Below are positions 1-13,247 of a stretch of 64,000 nt of DNA, piece after piece (within the stretch, counting starts at the first letter, position 1; each line of letters begins with the position of its first letter). The stretch is from positions 36,766,001 to 36,830,000 of the forward strand of contig OX597825.1 in assembly GCA_951406725.2 (NCBI GenBank), read 5' to 3'. The position numbers and the translations under genes were made by a program. This DNA is from Octopus vulgaris. Taxonomy: Eukaryota. Below the pieces are notes generated by a model. That model searched no databases. It saw nothing but the letters and a program-made list of their open reading frames with translations, and had not been told where the DNA came from.

Positions 1-416
1 AGTATGGGAGCCAGTCAGGCGGCACTGGAATTGACCATACTTCTATGGTGTTTTTTATGTGCCATCAGCATGGGAGCCAGTCTGGTGGCACTGGCATTGA
101 CCATGCTCAAATGGTGCTTTTCAAGTGCCATCAAGCATGGGTGCCAGTGAAGCAGTACTGGCATCAACCACAACAGTGACTTTAACGACTCAATAGGTCT
201 TCTCAAGCACAGCACATTGCCCAATGTTTGAAGGGAACTCTTAAGTGGGCTGGTTATACAACACTGGCATAGGCCGTAACTACAATCTCACTTAACTTGC
301 CAAGTCTTCTCTAGCACAGCTTATCTCAAAAGGTCTCAGTTGCTTGTCATTGTATCAGTGAAGCCCAACATTCAAAGGCCATGCTATATACATATATATA
401 TATATATGTGTGTGTG

Positions 417-460
<44 letters not shown>

Positions 461-477
461 TATATACAAATACATAT

Positions 478-516
<39 letters not shown>

Positions 517-519
<3 letters not shown>

Positions 520-686
520 CACCCGCTACACTCTCGCAGTGGTTGTTTTTAGGAAGGGCATCCAGCTGTAGAAACCTTGCCAGATCAGATTGGAGCCTGG
601 TGCAGCCTCCTGGCTTGCCAGCCCCCAGTCAAACCGTCCAACCCATGCCAGCATGGAAAACGGATGTTAAACGATGTTGATGATGA
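517..686 (+). mobile_element. SINE/RTE-tail repeat family 1 (ends ...ggatgttaaacgatg(atg)n)
   Basis: Shares the motif ggttggcgttaggaagggcatccagctgtagaaac...caacccatgccagcatggaaa with copies at about 7560-7750(+), 7763-7955(-), 11395-11870(-), 23000-23180(+), 24430-24715(-) and 25255-25447(+). Confidence 0.75.
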
Positions 687-2742
687 AGTAAAATAGACAG
701 GTGCAGGTATGGCTAAAATGTCTGCTCCCCAAACACATGGCTTCAGCTTCAATCCCACTGTGTTTCAACTTGGGCAAGTATCTTCTATTATGGCCCTGGG
801 CCGACCAGAGTAATGTGAGTAGATCTGACAGACAAAATTTGAAAGACATTCCTCATGTATGTATATGTATGCATATATGTGTGATTGTATCTCCTTGTCT
901 TGACATCATGTGATAGTTTGTTAATGATTATCACCGTCATATATGTAGTGTCCATTTCTAATTATCTGAAAGAATATGTCTGGCCATGGGAAAACATTAC
1001 GTTGTTTGAAAACAGGTGAAGGTTAGTGGCAGAAAGGCATCTAGCAATAGAAAATCTGCTTCCATAAACTCCATCTGATTCATACATGCATAGAAAAGTA
1101 AGCATTAAAATGATGATGATTTGCTGGTGATGAGTGACATTAGTCAAGTGAGAAACTGAGAATAGAAGGTTTATGAGGTTTCCTAATGTTTTTGTGTTAT
1201 GAAGATGAGTTGTGTGAAGTGTTCTGAAATGGAAAGACAGCATGTTAGCAAGAATGAAGATGCTATTAGGAGGAGTGTAACCTTAATAACATTGACATAT
1301 TTGTTATTGATGTTAAGGAAAAGAAAGAGACATAGAAATATTAGACTGAGAAGTTTATGAATAAAGAGCATGAATGGAATGGCATGAACTATCCTAAATG
1401 GAATTAATATGGCGACCTGCTGTTGAAGTTAGCTTTAGCATGGTTTTTAATCCTTCAGCATTCAGATTTCTTTGTCAAATATAATGCTTATTTATTCAGT
1501 GTTTTGAATTAATCATGCATTGTCTTGTAGCTTCAAGATTTCAGTGGTATGTTTGTATATTTTTAGAATGACATTGTAGGGGAGGTGTGAGAGGTTGGAT
1601 CTGTTCAGTTTTAGCATAAAACACAGAATATTAGGTGCAGTTATGGCTGGTTTAAGTGCTAACAGCTTAACATAGAGAAAGCAACTGATCCATCATGGAT
1701 AATCACTGAGATGTTAAAATTTCAGGTTATGTAAAAATTAAATTAGTTCCTTGCTTAGTTAATTTGGACATGAAAGATATATTCTAAATGACTGAATATA
1801 GCAATATGCTCAAAAGGGATGCATCTATGAAGGCACAAAATGTTGGCTGAGTTTGAGCAAGTTAATGCAAGATCAGGTCAGATACATTGAGAATTGTATT
1901 AGGATGTGAAATCATGTATACTGTATTTTTGTTAAATAATCACAAAACAAAGTCCAAGCAAAGAATAAAAAACTCTGTCTTGTATTTGAGAAGGCTTGGA
2001 CTAAGCATCACAATCTACATTCTGGAGAGTAAAAAAGAAGGTAGCTATAGATTAATGGCTTGCAGGAGCTGATAGTAGTACTGTAAGAAATGGTAGCGTT
2101 CAGTGAGGGATTTAGCATATAGTGATATTTTCACTCTGTGCCATTCTAATTATTGAAATTATTGGGATTATATTGCACAAGAATCCAAGAATATTCTTGG
2201 GAACACTGAAATCTTAATAGGATGGATCTCCTAGAAAAATATTTTGAAGAGTTACTGAGTATGCACAGAACATGAAATATGGTCATGAGTTAAGATGTTT
2301 AAATGTTGACATGGTAAAACATACACCAAAAACAAAAATTAGAAAGAATAATAATAAGGATTTCAAATTTTGGTACAAGCTCAGCAATTTTGGGGCAGAG
2401 GGTAAGTTGATTGCTTAATTTATCGACCCAGAAAGGATGAAATGTAAAGTTGACCTCAGCAGAATTTGAACTTAGAATGTGAAGATGGATGAAATGCCAC
2501 TAAGCCTTTTGCCCAGCATGCTAAGGATTCTGTTACCTTGCTGCCTTATTAGAATGAACAATAATAATCCTTTCTATTAAAGGCACAAAGCCTGAAATTT
2601 GGTGGGAGTGGCTGAGTCGATTACATCAAGTCCAATGTTTATCAACCCTGAAAGGATGAAAGGCAAAGTCAACCTTGGTGGAATTTGAACTAAGAACATA
2701 TAATGGTCTAAGCAGGGCAGGAGCACACATAAGGAAGGAAAG

Positions 2743-2786
2743 TGTCATTGAAGAGGTCACTGATATGTGATGAAAGATTTCTGGAC
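2743..2786 (+). ncRNA. Degenerate minimal hammerhead-like motif in a Penelope-like terminus
   Basis: gtca-TTGAAGA-g-GTCAC-tgatat-GTGAT-GAAA-gatt-TC-tggac. Downstream aatatatagtgca end resembles the 13.5 kb element. Confidence 0.4.
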
Positions 2787-3617
2787 AATGGACATGAGTT
2801 AAAATAAGAACAGTAATAAATGAGGGAAGAACGAATATATAGTGCACGTGTTTTTTTTTTGGTAAAAAAACCCCAAAAGATGACCATCCTGAAATACAAC
2901 AATGTCTGTTTCAACACTCTGTTTCACATCAGAAATCTTGCAACAGAAAAGAATACCAAAATATATGTTGTCACTTATACATACATAAATAATTAAATAT
3001 ACATACATCTTGTTTTGTACATATGTGTGTGTGAGAGAGAGAGTGAGTGCCACTTAGATATCACTCTCTCTCTCTCTCTCACACACATACATGCAAAAAA
3101 GATGTATGCATATGTATTTAGCCTTTGCTGCTAAATGTTCTTTTTCAGTCACATATTTTGGTATTCTTTTGGTTGAACCTGCAAAAGTGACAAAATGAAC
3201 AGCTGGTTTTGTTCGTTAACATATATATATTGCTCTGAATTTGTGTGAATGTGTATAGAATAATATATCAGTTGAATGAAGTTAAAACATGGTCTAGTTT
3301 TCACGTTTTTTATTATGGTATTTTAACATTAAAAAAAATATTTTGTAATGCTCATAAAGTTAAATTAGCACTTTCATATATAGTGTTATCATTAGATTTC
3401 AAATGTGTTTAGCTGACAGTTGAGTTCTTGACAGCTGTAGTACCTCTTAAAACGCTCCAACAAGCCAAAGTTTTAGAATACTGTTCTAACCTAACCACAT
3501 GCAGCTTAAACATCACGGTTTGCCAGGCATATCAATATTCTGTAATTTATTTATATTTATATGCTAGAGATATTTTTTAATCTGCATCATTAACTGGTTA
3601 TACTTATATACATGTAT

Positions 3618-4063
3618 TGTTGGCATCCTTTTTGTCTCGGGAGACAATGGAGTTGCACATAAAATAATCTAGTCCGGCTTTTACATTTCATGTCCTAATA
3701 CATCTCCAGCTGTGGCTGTATAGTCCTATCCTGGACAAGCACTCCCTCTGGCAGGTGCCGCAAATGTAGCGAAGACTTTGCCTGGCTGGTTGTAATGTCA
3801 TAGTTTCTTGTTGACATCTTTTCTTGCCTTTCCATTTTTCCTCTCTCTCTCTGTGTCACTCAAGGAAGCAAGAATACCAAGCATGTTTGCACTCCTCACA
3901 CGAAGATGTGTGAGATAGCTTGGATATGTTAGCCGTATAGAAGATGGCAGAATCCCCAAGGACATACTCTATGGAGAGCTTGCTAGGAGCACTAGGTCTG
4001 TGGGAAGACCGTTCTTACGATACAAGGATGTTTGCAAAAGGGACATGAAGGCCTGCAACATCA
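3618..4063 (-). mobile_element. Truncated RTE-clade LINE with 5' inversion
   Basis: Minus strand 3618-3860 holds the 3' end with a C-terminal Cys/His motif (YICGTCQRECLSRIGLYSH). Plus strand 3860-4063 encodes LGYVSRIEDGRIPKDILYGEL...RYKDVCKRDMK. 12-bp TSD atatacatgtat at 3606-3617 and 4064-4075. Confidence 0.8.
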
Positions 4064-4125
4064 ATATACATGTATAAATGTGTGTGTGTGTGTATGTAGA
4101 AGGTTGAAAAGGAACACACAAGTTG

Positions 4126-4588
4126 ATATATATGGAAAAAAAGTCAAGGTAGAAAATGCTAAAATAATTTTATAGAAAACATTTCAGTACCGGATTCAGT
4201 CATTGGGACATTTTCAATTGTAAGTATGGAAAACAATTAAATTTTGGAAAAATTAAAAGATAAGTTCTTTAAAAGAATATTTGCATAGTATTCAAATACA
4301 AGGGGCATTTTCCTTGTTTCTGCCTGTCTCTGTCTCTCTTGTTTACCTTGAATCTACAAGAGTAAACAAGAGAGACAGAAACAAGGAAAATACCACTTGT
4401 ATTTGAACACTATACAAATATTCTTTTAAAGAACTTTTCTTTTAATTTTTCCAAAATTTAATTGTTTTCCATACTTACAATTGAAAATGTCCCAATGACT
4501 GAATCCGGTACTGAAATGTTTTTCATAAAATTATTTGACTTTTTTTCCACATATTTATGAAAAACATTTCAGTACCGGTTTCAGTTAC
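4126..4588. repeat. Long palindrome (arms about 200 bp), Penelope-like inverted terminus
   Basis: 4126-4348 is the reverse complement of 4357-4554 apart from two indels. A third partial copy lies at 4554-4588. Contains a decayed hammerhead-like motif ending GAAWCCGGTA. Confidence 0.75.
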
Positions 4589-4607
4589 ATATATATATAT
4601 ATATATA

Positions 4608-5782
4608 CTAGCAGAAAGACTGCCCTCCAGATAGTTTTCTGCTAGCCATTTCATAATATTTTCACATATGATTCCCAATTTTTATGATATTGTCTGCTGT
4701 CATGCCTTTGCTGCTAAATGTTCTTTTTCAGTCTTATATTTTGATATTCTTTTGGTTGAACCTGCAGAAATGCCAAAATGGTTTTGTTCTTTAATTTCTG
4801 TAAAAAATTTTTATGTTTTTACTTTTGTTTTAAAATGAAAGAGAGATGAAAGTGAAAGATGACTGTACATATATATGTAATGGCCATGTGAGAGAGAGAG
4901 AGAGAGAGAGAGAGTGAAGAGGTGTGTTGTCATATATACATACATGAATAATTAAATATACATACATCTTGTTTTGTATGTATGTGTGTGAGAGAGAGAG
5001 AGAGTGCCACTTAGACATCACTCTCTCTCTCTCTCACACACACACATACAAAAAAGATGTATGCATATGTATTTATGTATGTATGTATACATGACAACAT
5101 ACTCCTTTACTCACTCTCTCTCACTCACACACATGCATAAATATATACAAATGTACATACATGTGTGACTGACTACAAATACATAGAGACAGTATGTGTC
5201 TGTGTGAGAGAGAGAGAAAGAGAGAGGGGGAAGAAGGATAGAAAGAAAGAGAGAGAGAGAGTGAGAACATTACAAACAATGAATGAAATAAACATGAAAT
5301 AGAAAAAATCGTGTAAATAAAAGTTTGTTAAAAACTATCTTGTACCGAATATTCAAATTTGTGAACTTGAAATATTCAATAATAAAAGGAAGTTCAGAGA
5401 GAAAATTTTCTTGAAAACTTCATTTTATAAAAAATCTCACTTGCTTAGTAAATATTTCTTTCAGTAATTTATCATAGTTGTTTGCAAATAGGGAATTAAA
5501 ACTTGAAATGAAAGCATTAAAATAGAGAGTGAGAGACTTCGTGGATGAAAAGGGAAAATTTCGTCATTACTATGTCCATATCAGAAGTTGACATTGAGAA
5601 ACTTTTTTAAAGAAGTGAATCATATATAAAGCAAGATTACTTCTTTTTAATAAAAAAATAAACTGAAGGCCTTATGATGTAACTGAGGTCAATTATTCAT
5701 GCATTTAAGTATGGAACCAATTCGCTCAGCTGTTTTTGCATGAAAAGCGAATATACACATACACAGGTCTATTTTATATATA

Positions 5783-5785
<3 letters not shown>
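4608..5785 (-). mobile_element. Non-autonomous Helitron-like element
   Basis: On the minus strand it starts TCTTATATATAAAATAGACC and ends CTAG, is inserted in (TA)n, and has no TSD. Confidence 0.6.
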
Positions 5786-5820
<35 letters not shown>

Positions 5821-6182
5821 TTATAATAAGATTTTCAGGATCCAAAAGAATCAAACAATTAAATAGAAAAGCACCAAGGTAGAGTTGGGGATAATGCACC
5901 TGTGTCCTCTACGTCCTTCTCTTATTCTGGTCCCTATAATGAGTTCATTAATTTAAACTTAGAAATAGCTTCTACTTTTCACTCTTTCAATAATAACTAG
6001 GCTGATTGGGTCATCTTACTCCATGTTCTATTTTGTGAGAAGTTCTTATTGTTAAATTTTCTCTGTACCTCACAGAAGAAAATGGGTCTTTTGCATGATG
6101 TAACACTTTTGTTCATCAATAAAGAACAAGTCTGAAACAGCTTTAGTGAACCACAACCCATCTGTGTTATTGTTTATATATA

Positions 6183-7489
6183 CAGTATTTCACAGAATTA
6201 TGTACACCCCTAAAAAATTACAGTAAAATTGCCATCACTCTGATAATGTCGAAGGAAATCAAGCAAAATTTATACTGAATAAAATATATTATACATTCAA
6301 ACATTATACAAATTTGGAACACAAAACAATAAATATTTTCAAAGAAATGAATGAAATATTAATTTTCAAATATTACAAAAATATGTACCCCCTAAAGGAA
6401 ATTTGCTGTATTTAATATTTTATCCACTTTTCTTTACTAAATTCAGATATTGCTGATAATTTCAATTCTAATAAATTATTTCTCCTGGCATTTTTGCACC
6501 GGCCATTGTTATTGCATCTGCAGGAATTCAGATTTGTGTGCCATGGTGAAAATATTTTTCATTGTGATTAAAATGTCACCATAAGGAAAAGAATTGTCTG
6601 AAGATTTGAAGAAAATTATTTTTAATTTGCACAAGAATGGTTTAGGATACAAGTTAATTAGGAAACAAATACGCGTTAGTGTAACATAGTTGCCAAAGTA
6701 ATTCAGAAGTATAAAGCTACTGGACGGCTAAGCAATAAGCATCGTCCAGGTTGTCCTTCTATTTTAACAGCGTGTGATATTTGCCACAATTAACGTTGCA
6801 TGATGGACAACAGGCGTTGTGTCACTTCATCTTTGGCCCAAGAAGTGTCTTCTGTTAGTGGAAAGAGTGTATCCACCCAAACAGTTTGCTGAAGTTTGAG
6901 CCAGTGTGGTCTCTGATGGGATTAAAATCAACTTTTTGGGGTCAGATGATATTAAACAAGTATGGTGACAACCAGGTGAAGGTAATAGTGGCAAATGCAC
7001 CATGCCTACCGTGAAACATGGTGGTGGAAGTGTTATGCTTTGGGGATGTATGAGTACAGCTGGTGTGGGAGGACTCACATTTATTGAGAGAACAATGGAC
7101 TCAAGGCTTTATTGTGGGATATCGCAGAAAACAATGCTGAAAGGAACTAAGAAGACATTCCAAGTTCCAATATGATAATGACCCTAAACACATTTCAAAG
7201 ATGACAATTAATTATTGGCCTATCATGACATTTGATTTAAACCTAATAGAACATCTGTGGGACGTTTTGTAAAGGAAGGCTGAAGAGAAAAATCCTGCAA
7301 TGTAACACAGTTGAAAGACATCATTCAGGGTGAATGGAGGTCAATTTCATTGGTTATTTATATATGAAAAAATTAAGTTGACTCTATGCCCAGAAGACTT
7401 AATGCAGTCATTGAAAGCAAGAGCAGTCACACTAAATATTGAATGTAGCAAATAATCCTTTAGGGTGTATATATTTTTGTGAGATACTG
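6183..7489 (+). mobile_element. Tc1-like DNA transposon, degenerate
   Basis: TIRs cagtatttcacagaattatgtacaccc / gggtgtatatatttttgtgagatactg flanked by TA. An inner direct repeat lies at about 6371-6395. Confidence 0.9.
6573..7442 (+). pseudogene. Tc1 transposase pseudogene
   Basis: Reads GKELSEDLKKIIFNLHKNGLGYK, TVKHGGGSVMLWGCMS, FQYDNDPKH, DLNLIEHLW and SMPRRLNAVIESKSSHTKY*, with stops, frameshifts and an internal deletion. Confidence 0.88.
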
Positions 7490-7953
7490 TATCATGTGTA
7501 GCCAGTGGCATGTGTAAAAAGATGCAAGTGAGGTCGTTGCCAGTACCGCCTGACTGGCCCCTGTGCCGGTGGCATATAAAAGCACCCACTACACTCTCGA
7601 AGTGGTTGGCGTTAGGAAGGGCATCCAGCTGTAGAGACTCTGCCAGATCAAGATTGGAGCCTGGTGCAGCCATCTGGTTCGTCAGCCATCAGTCAAATCG
7701 TCCAACCCATGCTAACATGGAAAACGGACGTTAATTGATAATGATGATATATATATATATATATCATCATCATCATCATCATCGTTTAGCGTCCGCTTTC
7801 CATGCTAGCATGGGTTGGACGGGTCAACTGGGGTCTGTGAAGCTGGAAGGCTTCGTCAGGCCCAGTCAGATCTGGCAGTGTTTCTACGGCTGGATGCCCT
7901 TCCTAACGCCAACCACTCCGCGAGTGTAGTGGGTGTTTTTTACGTGCCACCTG

Positions 7954-8043
<90 letters not shown>

Positions 8044-9026
8044 TATCATTTAGGTAGAAAAGGTACAGTGTCTCCTTGCATGTCACAGGGGAGATGGGGT
8101 GGAGTTAAAAGTACTAACATGGGGAGGTGCATTCTGCTGTTAAATATGGCCTCCAAAAGGGAACCCTAGTGAAAATTGGCAAGGGTCCTGTAAGGTCAAC
8201 CCTTGCTTTAGCAGGAAAATTGCTATAGAATATTGTATATTTTGTTTATGTTTGCATCAAGTTATTTCATAGAAATCTAAATTATATGCATATGTATATG
8301 TTCTGATAGAAAAAAATATCAAACGCAGAATCACTATATTTAAAAGGCAAAAAATGCCTTATGGATTAATTAAAAAATTTGAAATCTCTGAATTAATGAA
8401 AGACAGTTCCATTACTTGACAAGTATGAAGTGATTTTGAAACTAAATATAACTTTAAAAATTAGTCAAAAAGAAAAAAAGGAAGTCTTTTAAAAATCACT
8501 TCCATTTAGAATAGAGGTTTTATCTAGAAAGTTGAAATATTTTATTTATGAAAACTTCAGTGAAATTATCGCCGCTACAAAAATAACATCCTTGTTATCA
8601 AGTTCAATGATTAATTCACTCAATTTTATGCAACAAGTTTAAATGGATTTTAGACTTATTTTCTTCACCACTTCTCACATTCTGTACCCCACCTCTCTCT
8701 CTCTCTCTCTCTTTCCTATGCCAGTTTTGAAATAGAGGAATCAACTACTTTACTTTGTGTGAGATAGTAAAATGCAGCTTATAATCTTATCATCACCATT
8801 CTCTCTCTCTCCTTCTCTCTCTTTTTCTCCCTATTTCATTCTCACAAAGATGTAATAAAGGGTCCAGATATGATAATAACTACTGGTATCATAGTTATTA
8901 CAAATCATTGTATTTATAAGTGTCATATTTATTAGAATCAATCACCATAAACAAACTTTTACTTTCAAAACACAGCTGTCTATCTGTCTGTCTCTTTCTC
9001 TCTCTATGTGTATATATAGATATATA

Positions 9027-9210
9027 GGGAAAGTTTACGAAAAAAACAAAAGACAAAGACAGGTGGTGTACAAAACAAACAGATGTATTAGTATAACGCT
9101 CAGGAATAGAGAAAGTTTTTTATGTTTCGAGCCTACGCTCTTCTACAGAAAGGTACACAGAAAAAACAAGGAGAGAAAAAAAACGTGTGTAGTGGCTAAC
9201 GATCTATCAC
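9027..9210 (-). mobile_element. Penelope-like terminal repeat fragment with hammerhead-like variant
   Basis: Minus strand reads CTGTAGA-a-GAGC-gtag-GCTC-GAAAC. Confidence 0.4.
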
Positions 9211-9289
9211 ACATACAGTATCTTTATAGTCATGGCTACTCTACAGGGCTTATATGGTTTTCAGAAGCCATTCTTTGCACTCCTGCTTC

Positions 9290-9845
9290 GTAAAAAGGTA
9301 AGGTTGTTTCATCTGCAGAGGTGATGACCTCAGTTTCTTGGGATGTAAAAGGCATTGTGCCTATTAATTATCTTCAAAAGGGCCACTCCATCAATGGAGA
9401 GTACTATGCCAATTTGTTGAGGCAGTTAGGCTGTCAAGATCAAACACCCAGGAAAACTGACAAGCAGGGTCTTGTTTCAAGAGAACAATGCTCTAGCATA
9501 CAAGTCCTTGGTTTCAATGGCTGCTGTGCTTGACTAACTTTGAACTGGTTAACCAGCCTTCTTATTCTCTTGTTATGGCCCCATCTGACTATCATTTGTT
9601 CCTCAACATTAAAAGTCACTTGGCTGGAAACCAGTATCACAGTGATGATGATGTCATATCTGCTGTTGATGACTTATTTTGATCAACAAGATGAAAGCTG
9701 CCTCACCAATGGATCCAAGTATTGCAACCCGATGGAAGAAGTATCTGGGCTGCAAGCAAGACTATGTTGGAAAATAAAGCTCATTTTGTTACATTCCATG
9801 AAAGAATCTTGTTCAGCCTGTGCACTTTTCAACTGATCCTTGTGT
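9290..9845 (+). mobile_element. mariner transposase remnant (3' half plus TIR)
   Basis: VMTSVSWDVKGIVPINYLQKGHSINGEYYANLLRQL matches the mariner VFWD..G...YL..G.TIN..YY..LL..L motif. Confidence 0.8.
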
Positions 9846-10339
9846 AATGCTTGTGTGCAATGTGCAACACTTCATAGTAGTGCAGAATATTGAGAATGTG
9901 TGAGGCTTTGAAACAAATGAAGAAAGAATGCTGCACTGGATGTGTAATGCGCTTGAAAAGCAGAGCAGAAAAGGAACTGTGAGAAAAACTTGGCATATGA
10001 GGAACCTGATGTAGCTTGCTAGTATGGACATGTGATACATATGGAGGATGACAGTTGTGCCAAGCAATCCAAATTGGACAAACCTGAAGGAGAAAAATTC
10101 CTAGGAAGATATGTAAAGAAGTAGGGAGAAACGTATCAGGAGGCTGAAACTCAGTAAGGAGATGACAAAGGACCACGACGAGTGATAAGATGCTGTGCAG
10201 TAAAAAAAAACTCATCCAGTCCATTCGTAAGTAATTACTTTCTAAATTCAAATCTTGCAGAATCTTTTCCTCCTCTTTAAGCATGCATAGAGAAATGGAT
10301 GCAAGATAATGGTAAAGGTGTTGTTCTTGCTGTTGCTGC

Positions 10340-10351
10340 TGTGGCTGATGA

Positions 10352-10385
<34 letters not shown>

Positions 10386-10468
10386 GGTGGTGTTGTTGTT
10401 GGTGGTGGTGGTGGTGATGATGATGATGATGATGATGATGGTGATGATAATGATGATGATGACGACGG
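10340..10468. repeat. (GAT)n/(GGT)n compound microsatellite
   Basis: Read directly; source of the poly-His, poly-Gly and poly-Asp ORFs. Confidence 0.95.
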
Positions 10469-12229
10469 CAAATTGAAAGCATACTTACATGAGTTTTCAT
10501 AATAACTGCAATCACTATTCTCAGTTTGTGAAGAATAATGAATATTCAAATATTTCCTCTGTTCTTTGAATAGAATATTTGCTGGTGACAGTTGCAGTTC
10601 CCTGGTTTATTAATTGATCACCACCTACAATTTGTTGTAAAATATACAATGATCAATATCTAAATGGATTTTCATTGTCACTGACATGGAGTATATATAC
10701 TCACTTTTCCTCCTCTCTGTCTATCTATCAATCTGTCTGTCTCTATTGTATTATAGACATATTTCATTATATTTCTAAACCTCTCTCCTTACCTTTCCCA
10801 GATATAAGCATGTATATTTTGTATGGACACCCCCTACACACACATCCATACATACATACCTACATACATACATACATACAGACCTACATACATACATACA
10901 TACATACATACATACCTACATACCTACCTACCTACATACATACATACATATTTACAAATATATATATATAATAATCAATTAAGGAAACAGAAGATAGATT
11001 TGGTATTAGTCTTTATTGCATACAATGATTGTTTTGATTCATCCTGCAACTGCCCCTTATGGGCAGGATGCTGTGCATCATATTGTGTTGTATCAATTTT
11101 ACATTCTGGGTCACATCAGGTACATTTATACATAAAGTGGTGTCTCGCTAAAAATCTTGAGTTCAGGCAGTCTTGTTATTTTCCTGCTTTGTTAATTAAT
11201 TATTATCTCAACTAAGACTATAGAATTCCTGAAGTAGATCCAATGGAAATATACCCCAACTGTGGATGACACCAGATAGTTCAAACTGTGCTAGTGCATT
11301 ACTCAACATATCAACACACTAATTGACAAATATTCGTTAGTCCAAAAAGTTACATACAAACATACATACATGTGTATATATCATGATGATGATGATCATC
11401 ATCATCATCATCGTTTAACGTCTGCTTTCCATGATAGCATGGGTTGGACGATTTGACTGAGGACTGGCAAACCAGATGGCTGCACCAGGCTCCAATCTGA
11501 TCTGGCAGAGTTTCTACAGCTGGATGCCCTTCCTAATGCCAACCACTCCAAGAGTGTAGTGGGTGCTTTTATGTGCCACATGAGGGTCAGTCAGGCAGTA
11601 CTGGCAACAGCCATGCTCAAATGGTATTTTTTACATGCCACCTGCACAGGAGCCAGTCCAGCAGCACTGGCAACGACCTCGCTTGAATGATTTTTCATGT
11701 GCCACCGGCACAAGTGCCAGTAAGGCGACGCAGGTAACGATGATGCTCGAGTGGCCCTTTTTACGTGCCACCAGCACAGAAGCCAGTTTGTTGCTCTGGC
11801 AACGATCACGCTTAGATGGTACTCTTAGTGCTCCACTAGCATGGATGCCAGTCATCGAATTTGATTCCGATTTCAATTTATACATATATTCACAATATAT
11901 TAGGATTCAGGTGAATCAGGCGTTTAAATGGAAAGGCATCAGGTCAAGTCAAAATTAAAATGCATACACAGCTACTATAGATGAATACAAACGTTGGTAT
12001 CAAAGTACAGGTAGAAAAATATTAAGGTTATGTATACAATTAATTGAACCCTACTGAACATATTACTAGCCTTGGGCTAATCCAGAAGCACACATTGTAT
12101 TAAATATATGGTCCATAATATACTTTGGAACATGCAAGGAACAGGTTCCAAGAGAGGTGAATCATGAATAGATAAATAAAAAATGATGGATAGGTGTCAG
12201 TTCATATGAATTGACATCTATCCATCACT

Positions 12230-12410
12230 TGTTTTATATATGGTACATGCATTTCTTGCTGTGTCCCTTGGAACATCTTTGAACACCCCCTTGACCTTTG
12301 CCTCCAGCTTGGCCTTGGTTTTGTAGGCAGAGTGGTGGGTCTCTTTCTCAGCTGTGTCCCATACATAATAATTCATAGGATTACAATTAGGGAAGCAAGA
12401 GGGTCTATAT
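12230..12410 (-). mobile_element. Tc1/mariner-superfamily transposase C-terminal remnant
   Basis: PNCNPMNYYVWDTAEKET...LEAKVK...RNAC resembles the SPDCNPLDYYVW motif. Confidence 0.6.
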
Positions 12411-13247
12411 AAGCCTATATCAAGTAGTAACCTGTATTCTCCATGCATGAAAATTCTTGCTATACATATAGGATGACAAAATGGCATGTAAGTAAAAACT
12501 GAATTTATATAAAATAACATTTGAATTTGGCTTATGAACAAGTTTTGCATGTCTAATATATTTAAATTATATCTGAATTAGTGACCCGTAACTGTATGCA
12601 ATATCTATGAATCACATTAGTTCCTAATTCACCTAAGGTTAATGGTTAAAAAAATATACTCTGACCTAAATTAAGATCAAATATTTTTGACCTGAAATCC
12701 AAACTTGGGTCATTATAGGGTTAACCTGACAGCAGTTACTATTGTAATATCAGGTTTCCTAATGTTCCCCTCACATTCTTTGCACTCAAAAACGATAGTC
12801 CCATAATAAATATAATGCTAGCTAAACCTATTTACCTTTAGTTCACTTCAGACCATGTCAGGAGCATGAATAAAGTTGTGTCTACTAATAACCAGAGGAA
12901 TGTAACTGGGTGCAAATGCAATTGTGAGATGCATTGGGCACATTTAAATTAAATGTCTTGTGTTATTGACAGTAGAAATAATAAAAATATGGTACTGTAT
13001 GAATCTCCATATTCATTGTAATTATCTTTTATATATACATATATATATTTAATATATATTTGAAATTATAATTCAGGGGGTCTAAGTGATACCACCAGGC
13101 TGGAAATCGCAGCCAAAACTTGACTCTAAAACCGCATTAAAAAAAAACACTGGATAATTTTAATAATAATTATTATCTTTGAAGGTGTTTATTCCCATGT
13201 TGGCCACCTGATAAGATATCCCTATTTATATATATATATATATATAT

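Noticed and set aside
9829-10515. 228-aa His/Gln-rich ORF
   Set aside because: Read-through of a microsatellite and an antisense LINE remnant
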